Part shown: one piece after another, positions 1-9,585 of the stretch
How the letters are laid out: each line of letters opens with the position of its first letter
Position numbering within the stretch: the stretch's first letter is position 1
The notes under the pieces: model-generated
The model's input: only the letters and a program-made list of their open reading frames with translations
Database searches by the model: none
Told to the model about the DNA's origin: nothing
Position numbers and translations under genes: made by a program
Assembly (NCBI GenBank): GCA_934491515.1
Contig: CAKSTF010000001.1
Coordinates: forward strand, 60,861 to 124,860
From: an uncultured Eubacteriales bacterium
GTDB lineage: Bacteria; Bacillota; Clostridia; Oscillospirales; Acutalibacteraceae
Direction of reading: 5' to 3'
DNA: 64,000 nucleotides

Positions 1-98
1 GTTCCCGTAAGACCGTTTTCGGCATAACATTCAAAGCACTTTTCCATAATTTCGCGCTTTTTTTCATTGTGCTGCTGCTCGGTGGTTTTCATATTCAT
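1..98 (-). CDS. TetR/AcrR-family regulator, N-terminal fragment (gene runs off the left edge)
   Basis: The reverse complement reads MNMKTTEQQHNEKKREIMEKCFECYAENGLTG..., which fits the N-terminal HTH arm pattern of TetR regulators. A GGGAAG purine run lies at 99-104. The fragment is too short for the ORF track. Confidence 0.4.
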   Translation of the reverse strand, partial: MNMKTTEQQHNEKKREIMEKCFECYAENGLTG

Positions 99-238
99 CT
101 TCCCTTTTTTATAACTAATCAATCATTTATTATTAGTATATCTTAAAACCGTCTTTAAGGCAAGACGTATTTTATGAAAATTAAAAAAATCCCACCGTTT
201 TTCGGTAGGATTTTCAGTTAAGGTTAAATGTGAACGGT

Positions 239-280
239 AAAAAAATAAAAGTCGGCAACCCTTTGACGAGTTTTGCCGAC
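239..280 (-). terminator. Intrinsic terminator downstream of tRNA-Arg
   Basis: Hairpin GTCGGCAA(251-258)/TTGCCGAC(273-280). On the minus strand it is followed by TTTTATTTTTT (plus-strand A-run 239-250). Confidence 0.6.
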
Positions 281-283
281 TTT

Positions 284-360
284 TGGCGCGCCGGAGAAGA
301 TTCGAACTCCCGACCTTCTGGTCCGTAGCCAGACGCTCTATCCAGCTGAGCTACCGGCGC
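284..360 (-). tRNA. tRNA-Arg (anticodon ACG)
   Basis: The reverse complement is GCGCCGGTAGCTCAGCTGGATAGAGCGTCTGGCTACGGACCAGAAGGTCGGGAGTTCGAATCTTCTCCGGCGCGCCA. It is 77 nt with a 7-bp acceptor stem, anticodon loop CTACGGA, a GTTCGAATC T-loop and an encoded CCA. Confidence 0.93.
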
Positions 361-439
361 ACAAGACGGTCTCTTTTAAGACCGCCATAGTATAATATCA
401 CAAACAAAGTATAAAATCAATACCTTATTTCAAATTTTT

Positions 440-1021
440 TTACCCTGCCTCTTTTTCTATCGCGGCGCGAACGGTATCCGTACCGTCGCCTTTAAGCGCC
501 GAAAAAGGAATGACCGTTTCGGGTTTAAGGTCGCCGAGTTCAGTATCCAGCGCCGCCAGACGCTTTTCAAATTCCGATTTATTGAGTTTATCGCACTTTG
601 TAAGAACAAGCGCATAAGGTATGCCGTAATGCTTTAAAAAGCGCAGCATATCAATATCCTGCGGCGTGGCGGCGCGGCGCATATCCACCAGCTGAAAACA
701 GCATTTTATATTTCTGCCGCTGCCGAAGTAATGTTCCGCCAACGCGGAAAAGCGCATTTTTTCCTTATCGGTTATCTTTGCGTAGCCGTATCCGGGCAGG
801 TCTACAATGCGTATTTCATCCGTGCGGTAAAAATTCACCGTTATGGTTTTTCCGGGAACGGAACTTACCCTTGCTAACGCCTTTCTGCCGAGAATTTTAT
901 TTATAAGGGAGGATTTCCCCACGTTTGACCTGCCTGAAAAACATACTTCGGGCAGATTTGATTCGGGTAATTGCGTGCTGTTGCCGCAGGACGCTTCAAA
1001 AACGGCGGATGTAAAATTCAT
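440..1021 (-). CDS. engB: Ribosome-biogenesis GTPase EngB/YsxC
   Basis: 193 aa. G1 motif GRSNVGKSSLIN, G3 DLPGYGY and G4 TKCDK. It lies directly downstream of lon, matching the Bacillus lonA-ysxC arrangement. Confidence 0.9.
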   Translation of the reverse strand: MNFTSAVFEASCGNSTQLPESNLPEVCFSGRSNVGKSSLINKILGRKALARVSSVPGKTITVNFYRTDEIRIVDLPGYGYAKITDKEKMRFSALAEHYFGSGRNIKCCFQLVDMRRAATPQDIDMLRFLKHYGIPYALVLTKCDKLNKSEFEKRLAALDTELGDLKPETVIPFSALKGDGTDTVRAAIEKEAG

Positions 1022-1028
1022 ACTTCAC

Positions 1029-3425
1029 CTACTGACTTACCGCCGCGGATGTTTTGCGGCTTTTAATTAGATATTCCGTACTTTCGGGCGCGGAAACAAC
1101 GGGCAGCAACGCGCTCTCTATTACCGTTTCGGCATTTTCCGCAGGAATTATTTCAATCGCCGCGCGAACGTTTTGGTCGACCTCTTCAAGGTCGGAAACG
1201 TTCTCTTTCGGGATAAACACGGTTTTAACGCCGCCGCGGTATGCCGCTATGAGTTTTTCTTTAAGCCCGCCTATGGGGAGTATTCTGCCGCGGATGGTTA
1301 TTTCTCCCGTCATTGCAACATCGCGGCGCACTTCCCTGCCCGTAAGCGCGGAAACAAGCGCCGTTGCCATTGTTATACCGGCGCTCGGTCCGTCCTTGGG
1401 GACCGCCGCTTCCGTGGCGTGGATATGTATATCGCGGTTTTTGTAAAAGTCCTCGTCTATGCCGTACTTTTCGGCGTTTGCGCGGACGTACGTTACCGCC
1501 GCCTGCGCCGATTCTTTCATAACGTCGCCCAGCGACCCCGTAAATTTGGTTTTGCCGCTGCCTTTAAGACATACCACTTCCATCTGCATTATTTCGCCGC
1601 CCACCTGCGTCCAGGCAAGACCGTTGATAATACCGACGGTATCCTTTTCGAGTATAACCTCGGGTCTGTACTTGCGTGGACCCAGATACTCTTTAAGGTC
1701 GCTTTCCTTAACAGTAACGCGCGCGGCTTCTCCCGCGGCTATCTTCTTCGCCGCTTTAGAGCAAAGCGAGCCTATTGCACGGGAAAGTTTTCTTACCCCC
1801 GCTTCTCTTGTGTAAAAATCTATTATTCCGTACAAAGCGCCGTCCGTAACGCGGAAATTTCTGCCGCTTAACGCGTGGCTTTTAACCTCGCGTTCTACAA
1901 GGTGACGTCTTGCAATATTGAATTTTTCTTCCCTTGTGTACCCTTCAAGGCTTATTACCTCCATACGGTCAAGCAACGGCGCCGGAATGGTATCGGTACT
2001 GTTAGCGGTCGTAACAAACACCGCGTGACTTAAATCGTAAGGTATTTCAAGGAAATTATCGCAAAACGCCCTGTTCTGCTCGGGGTCAAGAACTTCAAGC
2101 AGGGCGGACGCGGGATCGCCCTTATAATCGTTGCCGAGTTTATCAATTTCGTCAAGAAGAATAAGCGGATCGGAAGTGCCTGCCTGCTTTACGGCGGATA
2201 TTATTTTGCCCGGCATAGCGCCGATATAGGTCTTTCTGTGACCGCGTATCTCTGCTTCGTCATGCATACCGCCCAAAGAAACGCGGACGTATTTTCTGCC
2301 CATACACTCGGCTATTGTTTTGCCTATGGACGTTTTACCCACTCCGGGAGGACCTGCAAGGCAGATTATCTGTCCCGTAATTTCGGGTGAGAGGGCAAAA
2401 ACGGAAATCATTTCAAGTATGCGTTCTTTTACCTTTTGAAGTCCGTAAAAATCGCGGTCCAATATCTTTGCGGCGCGGTTTACGTCCACCGCCGCGCAGT
2501 CGCGTTTTTCCCACGGCAGCGCAAAGGCAAGGTCAAGGAAATTCCGTTCAAGGGTGGTTTCGTGCGCGCCCTGCGGCATTTTGGCAAGTTTGGATATTTC
2601 TGCCTTTATTTTTTCCTTAACTTCCGCAGCGGCCGACAGTTTTTCAAGTTTTTCGTAATATTCTTCTATCTCGTCGGCGCCGCCGTCGCCGTAGAGTTCG
2701 TCGCTTATGGCGCGCATCTGTTCCTTCAGGTAGTAGTCGCGCTGATTTTCGTCCATGTGGGTACGGGTCATCTCCGAAATGCGATTGTCGATTTCGGTTA
2801 TCTCGCGCTCTTTTGAAAGAAACTCTATAAGCACCTTGCCGCGGCTTATGGGGTTCAACTGCTCAAGCACAAACTGCTTATCATCAAAGGGTGCCGGCAC
2901 GTTGAAAGCAATAAAATCGCAAAGATAGGAAAGATCGTCGCACGAAGCGATAATAGCCGCAACATCGGGCGATACCTGACGGCACACCCCTGCGTATTTT
3001 TCAAATTCCGTGCGGATTTTCCTTATAAGGCTTTCAATATAAACGGGTCGGTTTTTTACGGGCTTATCATCGCATCTTTCAACAGTGGCAAAATAATAAT
3101 TCCCGTTATCCGCAAACGTAAGGCGCCTTGCGCGGCACAGACCGTACAGCAGGACCTTTGCGTTGCCGTCGGGTGTTTTAAGCACCTGGCGCACCCTGCA
3201 AAGACATCCTATATCGTAAAGGTCCGAAGCGGACGGTTCCTCCACCGAAATGTCCTTTTGTGTTATAAGGAATATCGGTTCGTTTTTCTCCATTGCAAAG
3301 GTCAAAGCCTTTACCGATTTTTTTCTGCCCACGTCAAGCGTAAGGGTCGTTTTCGGAAACGCCGTAACGCCGCGCAGGCATAAAACGGGATACACTCCCG
3401 CATTGTTTTTTACTTCCGTAGGCAT
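1029..3425 (-). CDS. lon: ATP-dependent Lon protease
   Basis: 798 aa. Lon N-domain, AAA+ Walker A GPPGVGKTS, and a C-terminal protease domain with the PKDGPSAG catalytic Ser motif. Confidence 0.95.
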   Translation of the reverse strand: MPTEVKNNAGVYPVLCLRGVTAFPKTTLTLDVGRKKSVKALTFAMEKNEPIFLITQKDISVEEPSASDLYDIGCLCRVRQVLKTPDGNAKVLLYGLCRARRLTFADNGNYYFATVERCDDKPVKNRPVYIESLIRKIRTEFEKYAGVCRQVSPDVAAIIASCDDLSYLCDFIAFNVPAPFDDKQFVLEQLNPISRGKVLIEFLSKEREITEIDNRISEMTRTHMDENQRDYYLKEQMRAISDELYGDGGADEIEEYYEKLEKLSAAAEVKEKIKAEISKLAKMPQGAHETTLERNFLDLAFALPWEKRDCAAVDVNRAAKILDRDFYGLQKVKERILEMISVFALSPEITGQIICLAGPPGVGKTSIGKTIAECMGRKYVRVSLGGMHDEAEIRGHRKTYIGAMPGKIISAVKQAGTSDPLILLDEIDKLGNDYKGDPASALLEVLDPEQNRAFCDNFLEIPYDLSHAVFVTTANSTDTIPAPLLDRMEVISLEGYTREEKFNIARRHLVEREVKSHALSGRNFRVTDGALYGIIDFYTREAGVRKLSRAIGSLCSKAAKKIAAGEAARVTVKESDLKEYLGPRKYRPEVILEKDTVGIINGLAWTQVGGEIMQMEVVCLKGSGKTKFTGSLGDVMKESAQAAVTYVRANAEKYGIDEDFYKNRDIHIHATEAAVPKDGPSAGITMATALVSALTGREVRRDVAMTGEITIRGRILPIGGLKEKLIAAYRGGVKTVFIPKENVSDLEEVDQNVRAAIEIIPAENAETVIESALLPVVSAPESTEYLIKSRKTSAAVSQ

Positions 3426-3443
3426 AGTTATAACTCCAGATTA

Positions 3444-4013
3444 TCAGCCGGCAGCGGTAACTCCGCGGTAGAGCGCGGCAGCGCAAAGCGCACCGTTTTC
3501 AAATACGAAGCAGACGGTGTTGACCCCGTCCATAGAACTGTCGCTGAAAGTATATTTTATTCCCGTAAATTCGCCCTTTATCGGGATAAAGAAGGTGTCT
3601 TCCTCCGTAAGGGCTTCCTCTTTTGCATTAAGTTCCCTTTTTGAAAGGTCGCTTTTTATTTTTTCCGAAAGCGTGCCCTGCGTGTAGCCGTAAGCGCCGG
3701 CAAAGGAAACAATGTAACTTATTTTCTTTTCGCTGTCGATATCATCGTAATAATAGTTGAAGTTCTGATAATTTATACCCGTGCGGTCGGGCGCGGAAAG
3801 GGTAAGAGGCTCTTCCTCTTCTTCGTCAGCCGCTGCTTTAACATCCTCGAAAGAAGCGCCCAGATCGTACTTGCTTTCGGGCATTTTTCCGAGTTTTATA
3901 TAGTATTCAAGGTCGACCGTATCGGAATTATCATCCTTTGAAGAGGGTTTGCCGCAAGCGGCAAACGCAAGCGCCGTACAAACGGCAAGAAGCAAACAAA
4001 TAATCTTTTTCAT
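3444..4013 (-). CDS. Hypothetical lipoprotein
   Basis: 189 aa. Signal peptide ending in a lipobox-like LAFAAC, then an acidic mature part. I recognise no family. It sits 18 nt upstream of lon. Confidence 0.65.
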   Translation of the reverse strand: MKKIICLLLAVCTALAFAACGKPSSKDDNSDTVDLEYYIKLGKMPESKYDLGASFEDVKAAADEEEEEPLTLSAPDRTGINYQNFNYYYDDIDSEKKISYIVSFAGAYGYTQGTLSEKIKSDLSKRELNAKEEALTEEDTFFIPIKGEFTGIKYTFSDSSMDGVNTVCFVFENGALCAAALYRGVTAAG

Positions 4014-4047
4014 ACTGTTCTCTCCTTTGTTTTAAAACATCTGTGTT

Positions 4048-5490
4048 TTATTCTGACTTTTTAAGCATTTCGTATTTAAGATCCCAAAGTTTCTGGGAAA
4101 GGTCGACATAATAGGTGTGCGGTTTTTCAAAGCGCTTTACCTCGTCCCAGAGATTGTCTACCGCCTGCTGCCTGTGCGCGGATATCTCCTTTACGGTGGG
4201 CAGTTTGTATACCTGCCTGCCGTTTTCGATTATCTTTACCTGAAGTTTTTCGGCCTTGAAATCGGTAATTGTTTTGCGTTTCCACACATGTTCGGGGTCG
4301 AATATTTCGTAAGGCTTTGTATCGTCTATTTTTTCGCCCGCAAGGGTTATAACGTCCGCCACTGCCTTGCCGGTCTGCCTGTCGTAAAGCCGCCAGGGTA
4401 TCTTAACGCCGGGCAGGGTGATTTTTGCGGTGTTTTCGCTTATCTTTATCTTCGGTATCACGGTGCCGTTTTTCTCAACGGCGGCAAGTTTGTAAACGCC
4501 GCCGAAAACCGCCTCGCTTGAAGCGGTAATAAGCCTTTCGCCCACGCCCAGACTGTCGATCTGCGCACCCTGAAGCAGCATATCGCGTATCAGATATTCG
4601 TCAAGCGAATTGGAAACGCATATCTTGCAGTCGGGGTAACCTGCGTCGTCAAGCATTTTGCGGACTTTTTTGGTAAGATAGGTAATATCGCCGCTGTCTA
4701 TCCGAACGCCAAGCGGACGGCAGCCCAAGGGTTTTAAAACCTCGTCAAACACCCGTATCGCGTTTGGAATACCGGATTTAAGCACATTATATGTGTCAAC
4801 AAGCAAAAGACAACTTTTAGGATAGCGCTCCGCATAGGTCTTGAACGCTTCGTACTCGTCATCAAATATCTGCACCCAACTGTGCGCCATGGTACCAGAA
4901 GCCGAAACCGAGAAATCCTTTGCCGTTTTTATAACCGAAGTGCCCGTGCAGCCGCCTATAATAGCAGCGCGTGCGCCGTAGTAAGCGGCGTCGGCGCCCT
5001 GAGCGCGGCGCGCGCCGAACTCCATAACGGGTCTGCCTGCAGCTGCCCTTACTATGCGGTTTGCCTTGGTTGCTATAAGCGACTGATGATTTATTGTAAG
5101 CAGCAGAAACGTTTCCACCATCATAGCCTGCATTGCAGGTCCTTTAACGGTAACGATAGGTTCTTTCGGGAATATCGGCATACCCTCCGGCACCGCCCAC
5201 ACGTCGCAGGTAAACTTGAAATTGCGCAGATATTCGATAAACCTTTCAGAAAACAGGTTGAGCGATTCAAGATACTTAATATCGCTTTCGCTGAAAGAAA
5301 GATTTTTAAAATAGTCCACCAACTGTTCTATGCCTGCCATTATCGCATAGCCGCCGTCGTCCGGAACGCGGCGGAAGAACATATCGAAATATGTAATCAC
5401 ATCTTCGTACTCGGTGCCCATAAGACCGTTTGACATAGTCATTTCGTAAAGGTCCATAAGCATTGTCAAATCTCTTTTACTGAACTCCAT
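4048..5490 (-). CDS. pncB: Nicotinate phosphoribosyltransferase
   Basis: 480 aa with NAPRTase-like sequence along its full length (for example GTMAHSWVQ and VRIDSGD). Confidence 0.88.
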   Translation of the reverse strand: MEFSKRDLTMLMDLYEMTMSNGLMGTEYEDVITYFDMFFRRVPDDGGYAIMAGIEQLVDYFKNLSFSESDIKYLESLNLFSERFIEYLRNFKFTCDVWAVPEGMPIFPKEPIVTVKGPAMQAMMVETFLLLTINHQSLIATKANRIVRAAAGRPVMEFGARRAQGADAAYYGARAAIIGGCTGTSVIKTAKDFSVSASGTMAHSWVQIFDDEYEAFKTYAERYPKSCLLLVDTYNVLKSGIPNAIRVFDEVLKPLGCRPLGVRIDSGDITYLTKKVRKMLDDAGYPDCKICVSNSLDEYLIRDMLLQGAQIDSLGVGERLITASSEAVFGGVYKLAAVEKNGTVIPKIKISENTAKITLPGVKIPWRLYDRQTGKAVADVITLAGEKIDDTKPYEIFDPEHVWKRKTITDFKAEKLQVKIIENGRQVYKLPTVKEISAHRQQAVDNLWDEVKRFEKPHTYYVDLSQKLWDLKYEMLKKSE

Positions 5491-5550
5491 AGCGGAAACC
5501 TCCGTTCGGCGGCGTACATAGCCTGCCGCATAACCGTGCAGACCGAAAAA

Positions 5551-7239
5551 TTACATTTTTTCGGGCGCTTCTACCTTTAGCATATCAAGTATGTTTTTTA
5601 TAACCGTTTTTACCGCAACGCAAAGGTTAAGGCGAGCGTTTGTAAGCGCGGCGTCCTCTCCCCTTACCCTGCAGGCGGAATAAAATTTGTGGAATTTTGT
5701 CGCAAGTTCAACAACATAATGGGTTATTCTTGCGGGATCGTAAGTTTTTGCCGCCTGTATTATTTCGGAAGGCAGCGCCGCCAAATAAAGAATAAGTTCG
5801 CGTTCCTCGGCTGCTTTTAAAAGGGCAAGTTCTTCCGCCTTTGCGGGTTTTACCTCAACGCCCTCCTCGGCGGAATTTCTTATAATGCTGCAAATTCTCG
5901 CGTGGGCGTACTGCACATAATAAACCGGATTGCTGCTGCTTTCGCTTACAGCAAGGTCAAGATCAAAATCGAAGTGTGAATTAGGCTCCCTTAAATTGAA
6001 GAAAAATCTTGCCGCGTCGATAGGCACTTCGTCAAGAAGCGTTACAAGCGTTATCGCCTTGCCGCTTCGCTTGGAGGCTTTTATTACCTGCCCTTCCCTT
6101 ACAAGGCGCACCATCTGCATCAGCACCGCGTCAAGACGGGAAGCGTCTACTTTGAGCGCCGTAAGCGCCGCTTTAAGGCGCGGAACGTAACCGTGGTGGT
6201 CGGCACCCAAAACGTCGATGGCACGGTCAAATTTGCGGACTTCAAGTTTATTGTAATGATAGGCAATATCGGGCACCACATAGGTAGGCACGCCGTTTGC
6301 ACGAACAAGAACAAAATCCTTATCGCAGCCGAAATCGGTTGCTTTAAACCACAGCGCCCCCTCTTCTTCATAGGTATGGCCGCTGTTTTTAAGAAGTTCT
6401 ATTATCCGCGTGGTCTCTCCGCTTTTGTGAAGCGAACTTTCCTTAAACCAGGTGTCGTACTCTATACGGTATTTTTTAAGGTCATCGTGAAGCGCCTGTA
6501 TGTTTTTTGGCAGCGCAAAGGCTACCAGCGCGTCCCTGCGTTCCTTTTGGCTTTTTTTCATATAAGAATCGCCGTTTATTTCGGCAAACGCCTTGGCGTG
6601 CGATACTATATCATCGCCGTGGTAGGAGTCCTCGGGCATCTCAACGCCGTCTTTATAAATCTGCTGATACCTAAGGTCAAGCGACAGCGCAAACTTGTTT
6701 ATCTGGTTACCGGCGTCGTTTATGTAGAATTCCCTTTCGGTGTAGTATCCCGCCGCCGAAAGCACCGCTGCAAGGCAGTCGCCCAAAGCGCCGCCGCGCG
6801 CATTTCCTATGTGCATAGGTCCGGTAGGATTTGCCGAAACAAACTCAACAAGCACACGCTCACCCTTGCCGTAATCGCTTTTGCCGTAATCCGCACCGGA
6901 CGAAAGAACGGCAGCCACGGTATCGGCATAAAAACGGTCGCCCAACCGCATATTTATAAATCCGGGACCGGCAATTTCGGCAGTTTCTATATATGTGCCC
7001 GAAAAGTCCGCAAAAGAGAGTAAAACCTCCGCTATCGCGCGGGGAGCCTTATGCAAAGCGCGCGCCCAAACCATAGCGGCGTTTACCGCATAATCGCCGT
7101 GCTCCCTGTTTTGCGGAACATCTATCGAAAAGCGGGGAAGTTCCGCGCTCTCCCACTCGCCGTTTTGCGCCGCCTTTTCCGCCGCCGAAAGCAATACGTT
7201 TTCTATCTGCTTTTTTACCTTTTCCACGGGTGTTGACAT
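5551..7239 (-). CDS. argS: Arginine--tRNA ligase
   Basis: 562 aa. Class I signature PTGPMHIGNARGG, a KMSKS-like ASKRSGKA, and a DALR-type C-terminal domain. Confidence 0.95.
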   Translation of the reverse strand: MSTPVEKVKKQIENVLLSAAEKAAQNGEWESAELPRFSIDVPQNREHGDYAVNAAMVWARALHKAPRAIAEVLLSFADFSGTYIETAEIAGPGFINMRLGDRFYADTVAAVLSSGADYGKSDYGKGERVLVEFVSANPTGPMHIGNARGGALGDCLAAVLSAAGYYTEREFYINDAGNQINKFALSLDLRYQQIYKDGVEMPEDSYHGDDIVSHAKAFAEINGDSYMKKSQKERRDALVAFALPKNIQALHDDLKKYRIEYDTWFKESSLHKSGETTRIIELLKNSGHTYEEEGALWFKATDFGCDKDFVLVRANGVPTYVVPDIAYHYNKLEVRKFDRAIDVLGADHHGYVPRLKAALTALKVDASRLDAVLMQMVRLVREGQVIKASKRSGKAITLVTLLDEVPIDAARFFFNLREPNSHFDFDLDLAVSESSSNPVYYVQYAHARICSIIRNSAEEGVEVKPAKAEELALLKAAEERELILYLAALPSEIIQAAKTYDPARITHYVVELATKFHKFYSACRVRGEDAALTNARLNLCVAVKTVIKNILDMLKVEAPEKM

Positions 7240-7241
7240 TT

Positions 7242-7664
7242 TTATACCTCTTTTACCGTTATTTGTATCTCGTTTTCGCTTAAAAAGCGCATTCCTGCGT
7301 CAAGCGTGTATGTAACCGAAACCTGTCCGCCGCTGTCGGAAAGGTTGCTTTCAATATTTTTTCCGTAAACGCCGAGCACAAGGTCGCCGTGCGGCGTACC
7401 GTAAATACAACTGTTGCGCACGCCTTTTTCAACTACCATACGCGCCTTTACGGCGTCGCTGCGTTCTATCGTAAGGCGGCGCGTACCCCGTACCGTAAGT
7501 TTTGTGCGTACCTTCTCGTTTTCGCCCAGTATCTGACTGTCATTGTAATTAAGTATGTAATCTTCGCCGCTTTTCCGCATAACGCCTTCGGTCATAAGTT
7601 CTACAACGTCTTTATTATCCGACAGTTTTTGCGCGCCTTTGATCGTAATAAGCACCTTTTTCAT
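7242..7664 (-). CDS. DUF1934/YwiB-like beta-barrel protein
   Basis: 140 aa. Its stop is 2 nt before the argS start. This small gene typically precedes argS in Firmicutes. Confidence 0.7.
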   Translation of the reverse strand: MKKVLITIKGAQKLSDNKDVVELMTEGVMRKSGEDYILNYNDSQILGENEKVRTKLTVRGTRRLTIERSDAVKARMVVEKGVRNSCIYGTPHGDLVLGVYGKNIESNLSDSGGQVSVTYTLDAGMRFLSENEIQITVKEV

Positions 7665-7899
7665 AAAACATCTCCAAGCCGTCAGTCAGGCGGCATAAGC
7701 CCCCAACATAACTATTCACATTATGTTACCACAAAACAAACGCTTTTGCAACAAAAAGGTGACCCGAAAAAAGGCTTGTCGTTCGCACTTTTTCGCTGTT
7801 TTTCGGCTTTTTGCAGACGAAACAATCCGGTTACAACGGTTGTTTTGCCCGGAACCGCAAAATTTTGCGCCGAAATATGCGAAAAGTTAAAAAACAGGC

Positions 7900-7928
7900 T
7901 TGATTAAAGGAAAAATCGGTGTTATAAT
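7900..7928 (+). promoter_or_regulatory. Sigma-A-type promoter for the LysR gene
   Basis: TTGATT (7900-7905), 17-nt spacer, TATAAT (7923-7928), with TG at 7920-7921. Confidence 0.45.
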
Positions 7929-7985
7929 CATTATGGTATCAAAATTCAAATCGTCATAACTTTTGGGTTATAGAGGGGATAACGT

Positions 7986-8942
7986 ATGTTTAATAACAAA
8001 GATTATGTGCTTTCGGTTGAAAGACACAAAAGTTTTTCCAAGGCCGCAAAGGAACTTTATATTTCCCAGCCGTCGCTTTCCGCTTCGATAAAGCGCATAG
8101 AAAACGAAATCGGTGCTCCGATTTTCGACCGTTCCACAAATCCTCTCTCACTTACGGAAATCGGCCAGAAATACGTTGAATGTGCGCTTCAGATAAACGA
8201 TATCGAGCAGAATTTCATCAATTATATAGGCGACAGTATGAACATGCTTACGGGCGGCATAAAAATCGGCGGAAGCAGCATGTTTACCTCCTTCGTTCTG
8301 CCGCCGCTTATTTCGAACTTTAACAAACTGTACCCGAAAATCGAATTCAACTTTATGGAAGGTCACACCCAAGGCCTTATAAATATGCTTATTGCGGGCG
8401 AACTTGACCTTGTGGTTGAAAACGTGCTTATTTCAAACAAAAGCATAGTGCCGATAATCCTTACTTCCGAAGTGCTTATGCTGGCGGTGCCTAACAGTTT
8501 TAAGGTAAACGAAAAACTTAAGGATAAAATGCTTACTGCCGACGATATAAAGGCAGGCAGGCACAACGACCCTTCGGCACCCTGCGTAAAACTTGACAGT
8601 TTTAAAGACGAACCTTTCATACTGTTAAAATCGGAAAACGACACCGGCAAGCGCGCCAAAAAACTTTGCAAAAAGCACGATTTCAAGCCTAACGTTATAT
8701 TCAAACTTGACCAGCAGATGACGGCTTACAACATAACCTGTTCGGGTGTGGGAATAAGCTTTATAAGCGATACCATAATAAAACATTTAAGTGCCTCGCC
8801 CGATGTTTGCTATTATAAACTTGACGATGAGGACATAACGCGAAACATTTATTTCTACGTTAAAAACAACCGCTACATTTCCAAAGCGTGCCAGTCTTTT
8901 ATAGACCTTTGCATAAAGGGTAATAACACAGTGCAAAAGTAA
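7986..8942 (+). CDS. LysR-family transcriptional regulator (paralogue 1)
   Basis: 318 aa. N-terminal HTH SFSKAAKELYISQPSLSASIKRIE plus a LysR substrate-binding domain. It is collinear with the 12850-13799 protein. Confidence 0.9.
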   Translation: MFNNKDYVLSVERHKSFSKAAKELYISQPSLSASIKRIENEIGAPIFDRSTNPLSLTEIGQKYVECALQINDIEQNFINYIGDSMNMLTGGIKIGGSSMFTSFVLPPLISNFNKLYPKIEFNFMEGHTQGLINMLIAGELDLVVENVLISNKSIVPIILTSEVLMLAVPNSFKVNEKLKDKMLTADDIKAGRHNDPSAPCVKLDSFKDEPFILLKSENDTGKRAKKLCKKHDFKPNVIFKLDQQMTAYNITCSGVGISFISDTIIKHLSASPDVCYYKLDDEDITRNIYFYVKNNRYISKACQSFIDLCIKGNNTVQK

Positions 8943-8959
8943 ATTGCGGGATAGAAAAA

Positions 8960-8992
8960 CGGGGTGTGAGAAAATCTCACACCCCGTTTTTT
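8960..8992 (+). terminator. Intrinsic terminator
   Basis: Stem CGGGGTGTGAG/CTCACACCCCG (11 bp), loop AAAAT, followed by TTTTTT. Confidence 0.8.
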
Positions 8993-9030
8993 GTCAGTAT
9001 GCCGCCGCACTCTTTTTTTCATTCAGTTCC

Positions 9031-9333
9031 CTATAGGTTTTTAAAATAATCAGCAGGGAAACAGCAAAAGTCAGAATGTCCGAAACCGGCATTGTATACA
9101 ACACGCCGTCCAAACCGAAAAACAACGGCAGCCAGCGCCACAACAGTAAGCGGAAACACTACCGTATTAGCCGCATTTCCGTAAGAACCCAAATAATCCG
9201 CGTTGGCAATAAATATCTGATCCACTATGTTATACACCGCACCCGCCAACAGCGAGATAATACACGGAACGTCATATTTACGTATAAGTTTTCCTATGCA
9301 CTCCGTCCCTAAAAATTGATTTTCCGTATCCAT
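9031..9333 (-). pseudogene. MATE-family efflux transporter, N-terminal remnant only
   Basis: From the ATG at 9333 it reads MDTENQFLGTECIGKLIRKYDVPCIISLLAGAVYNIVDQIFIANADYLGSYGNAANTVVFPLTVVALA, a typical MATE N-terminus. The similarity is lost after about 75 aa and a stop follows at 9031. Full-length MATE proteins are about 450 aa. Only about 40 nt separate it from the LysR terminator. Confidence 0.6.
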
Positions 9334-9348
9334 AAATTTCACCTTTCG

Positions 9349-9389
9349 AAAAAAATAAATGCGCAAGTCCCATAAATCCGGACTTGCGC
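9349..9389 (-). terminator. Terminator/attenuator hairpin immediately upstream of the MATE remnant RBS
   Basis: Stem GCGCAAGTCC (9361-9370)/GGACTTGCGC (9380-9389). On the minus strand it is followed by ATTTATTTTTTT, which runs into AAAGGTGA and the ATG at 9333. Confidence 0.55.
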
Positions 9390-9454
9390 ATTTTTGCCGC
9401 TCGGTTCACTTATAAAACTTTTACCGTTGTTACTTCTCCCACCCTTTTCGTCAG

Positions 9455-9503
9455 AAAAAACGTGCGGCGTTTCTGCAACCGGATTTACGCAAAAACGCCA
9501 CAC
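9455..9503 (-). terminator. Terminator/attenuator hairpin in the MATE leader
   Basis: 11-bp stem, written on the plus strand as GTGCGGCGTTT (9462-9472)/AAACGCCACAC (9493-9503), with one G:U pair. On the minus strand it is followed by TTTTTT (plus-strand A-run 9455-9460). Confidence 0.5.
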
Positions 9504-9514
9504 GATGTATTTTG

Positions 9515-9543
9515 ATTATAATTCTTTTAAAACAAAATTTCAA
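9515..9543 (-). promoter_or_regulatory. Sigma-A-type promoter for the MATE leader
   Basis: On the minus strand: TTGAAA (9543-9538), 17-nt spacer, TATAAT (9520-9515). Confidence 0.45.
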
Positions 9544-9550
9544 ATGTTTT

Positions 9551-9582
9551 TTAAAGAAGAATCCCCGAAAATTCGGGGATTC
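9551..9582 (-). terminator. Candidate terminator of the TAXI-TRAP operon
   Basis: 9-bp stem GAATCCCCG/CGGGGATTC (9559-9582), 3 nt after the permease stop. The U-tract is weak (TTCTTT). Confidence 0.45.
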
Positions 9583-9585
9583 CTG

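Noticed and set aside
1173-1871. Long plus-strand track ORFs lying inside minus-strand genes. Examples are 1173-1871, 6193-7023, 11830-12678, 17892-18692, 23849-24469, 27793-28299, 49735-50430 and 59291-59872.
   Set aside because: Each lies fully antisense to a gene with clear family motifs. Their translations are low-complexity or Arg/Phe/Tyr-rich, have no RBS and match no family I recognise. They are typical shadow ORFs.
7665-7985. T-box leaders upstream of argS/DUF1934, trpS and proS.
   Set aside because: I found no T-box sequence (AGGGTGGTACCGCG-like) or specifier-loop architecture. The trpS and proS genes have only about 30-40 nt upstream and appear co-transcribed with the preceding genes.
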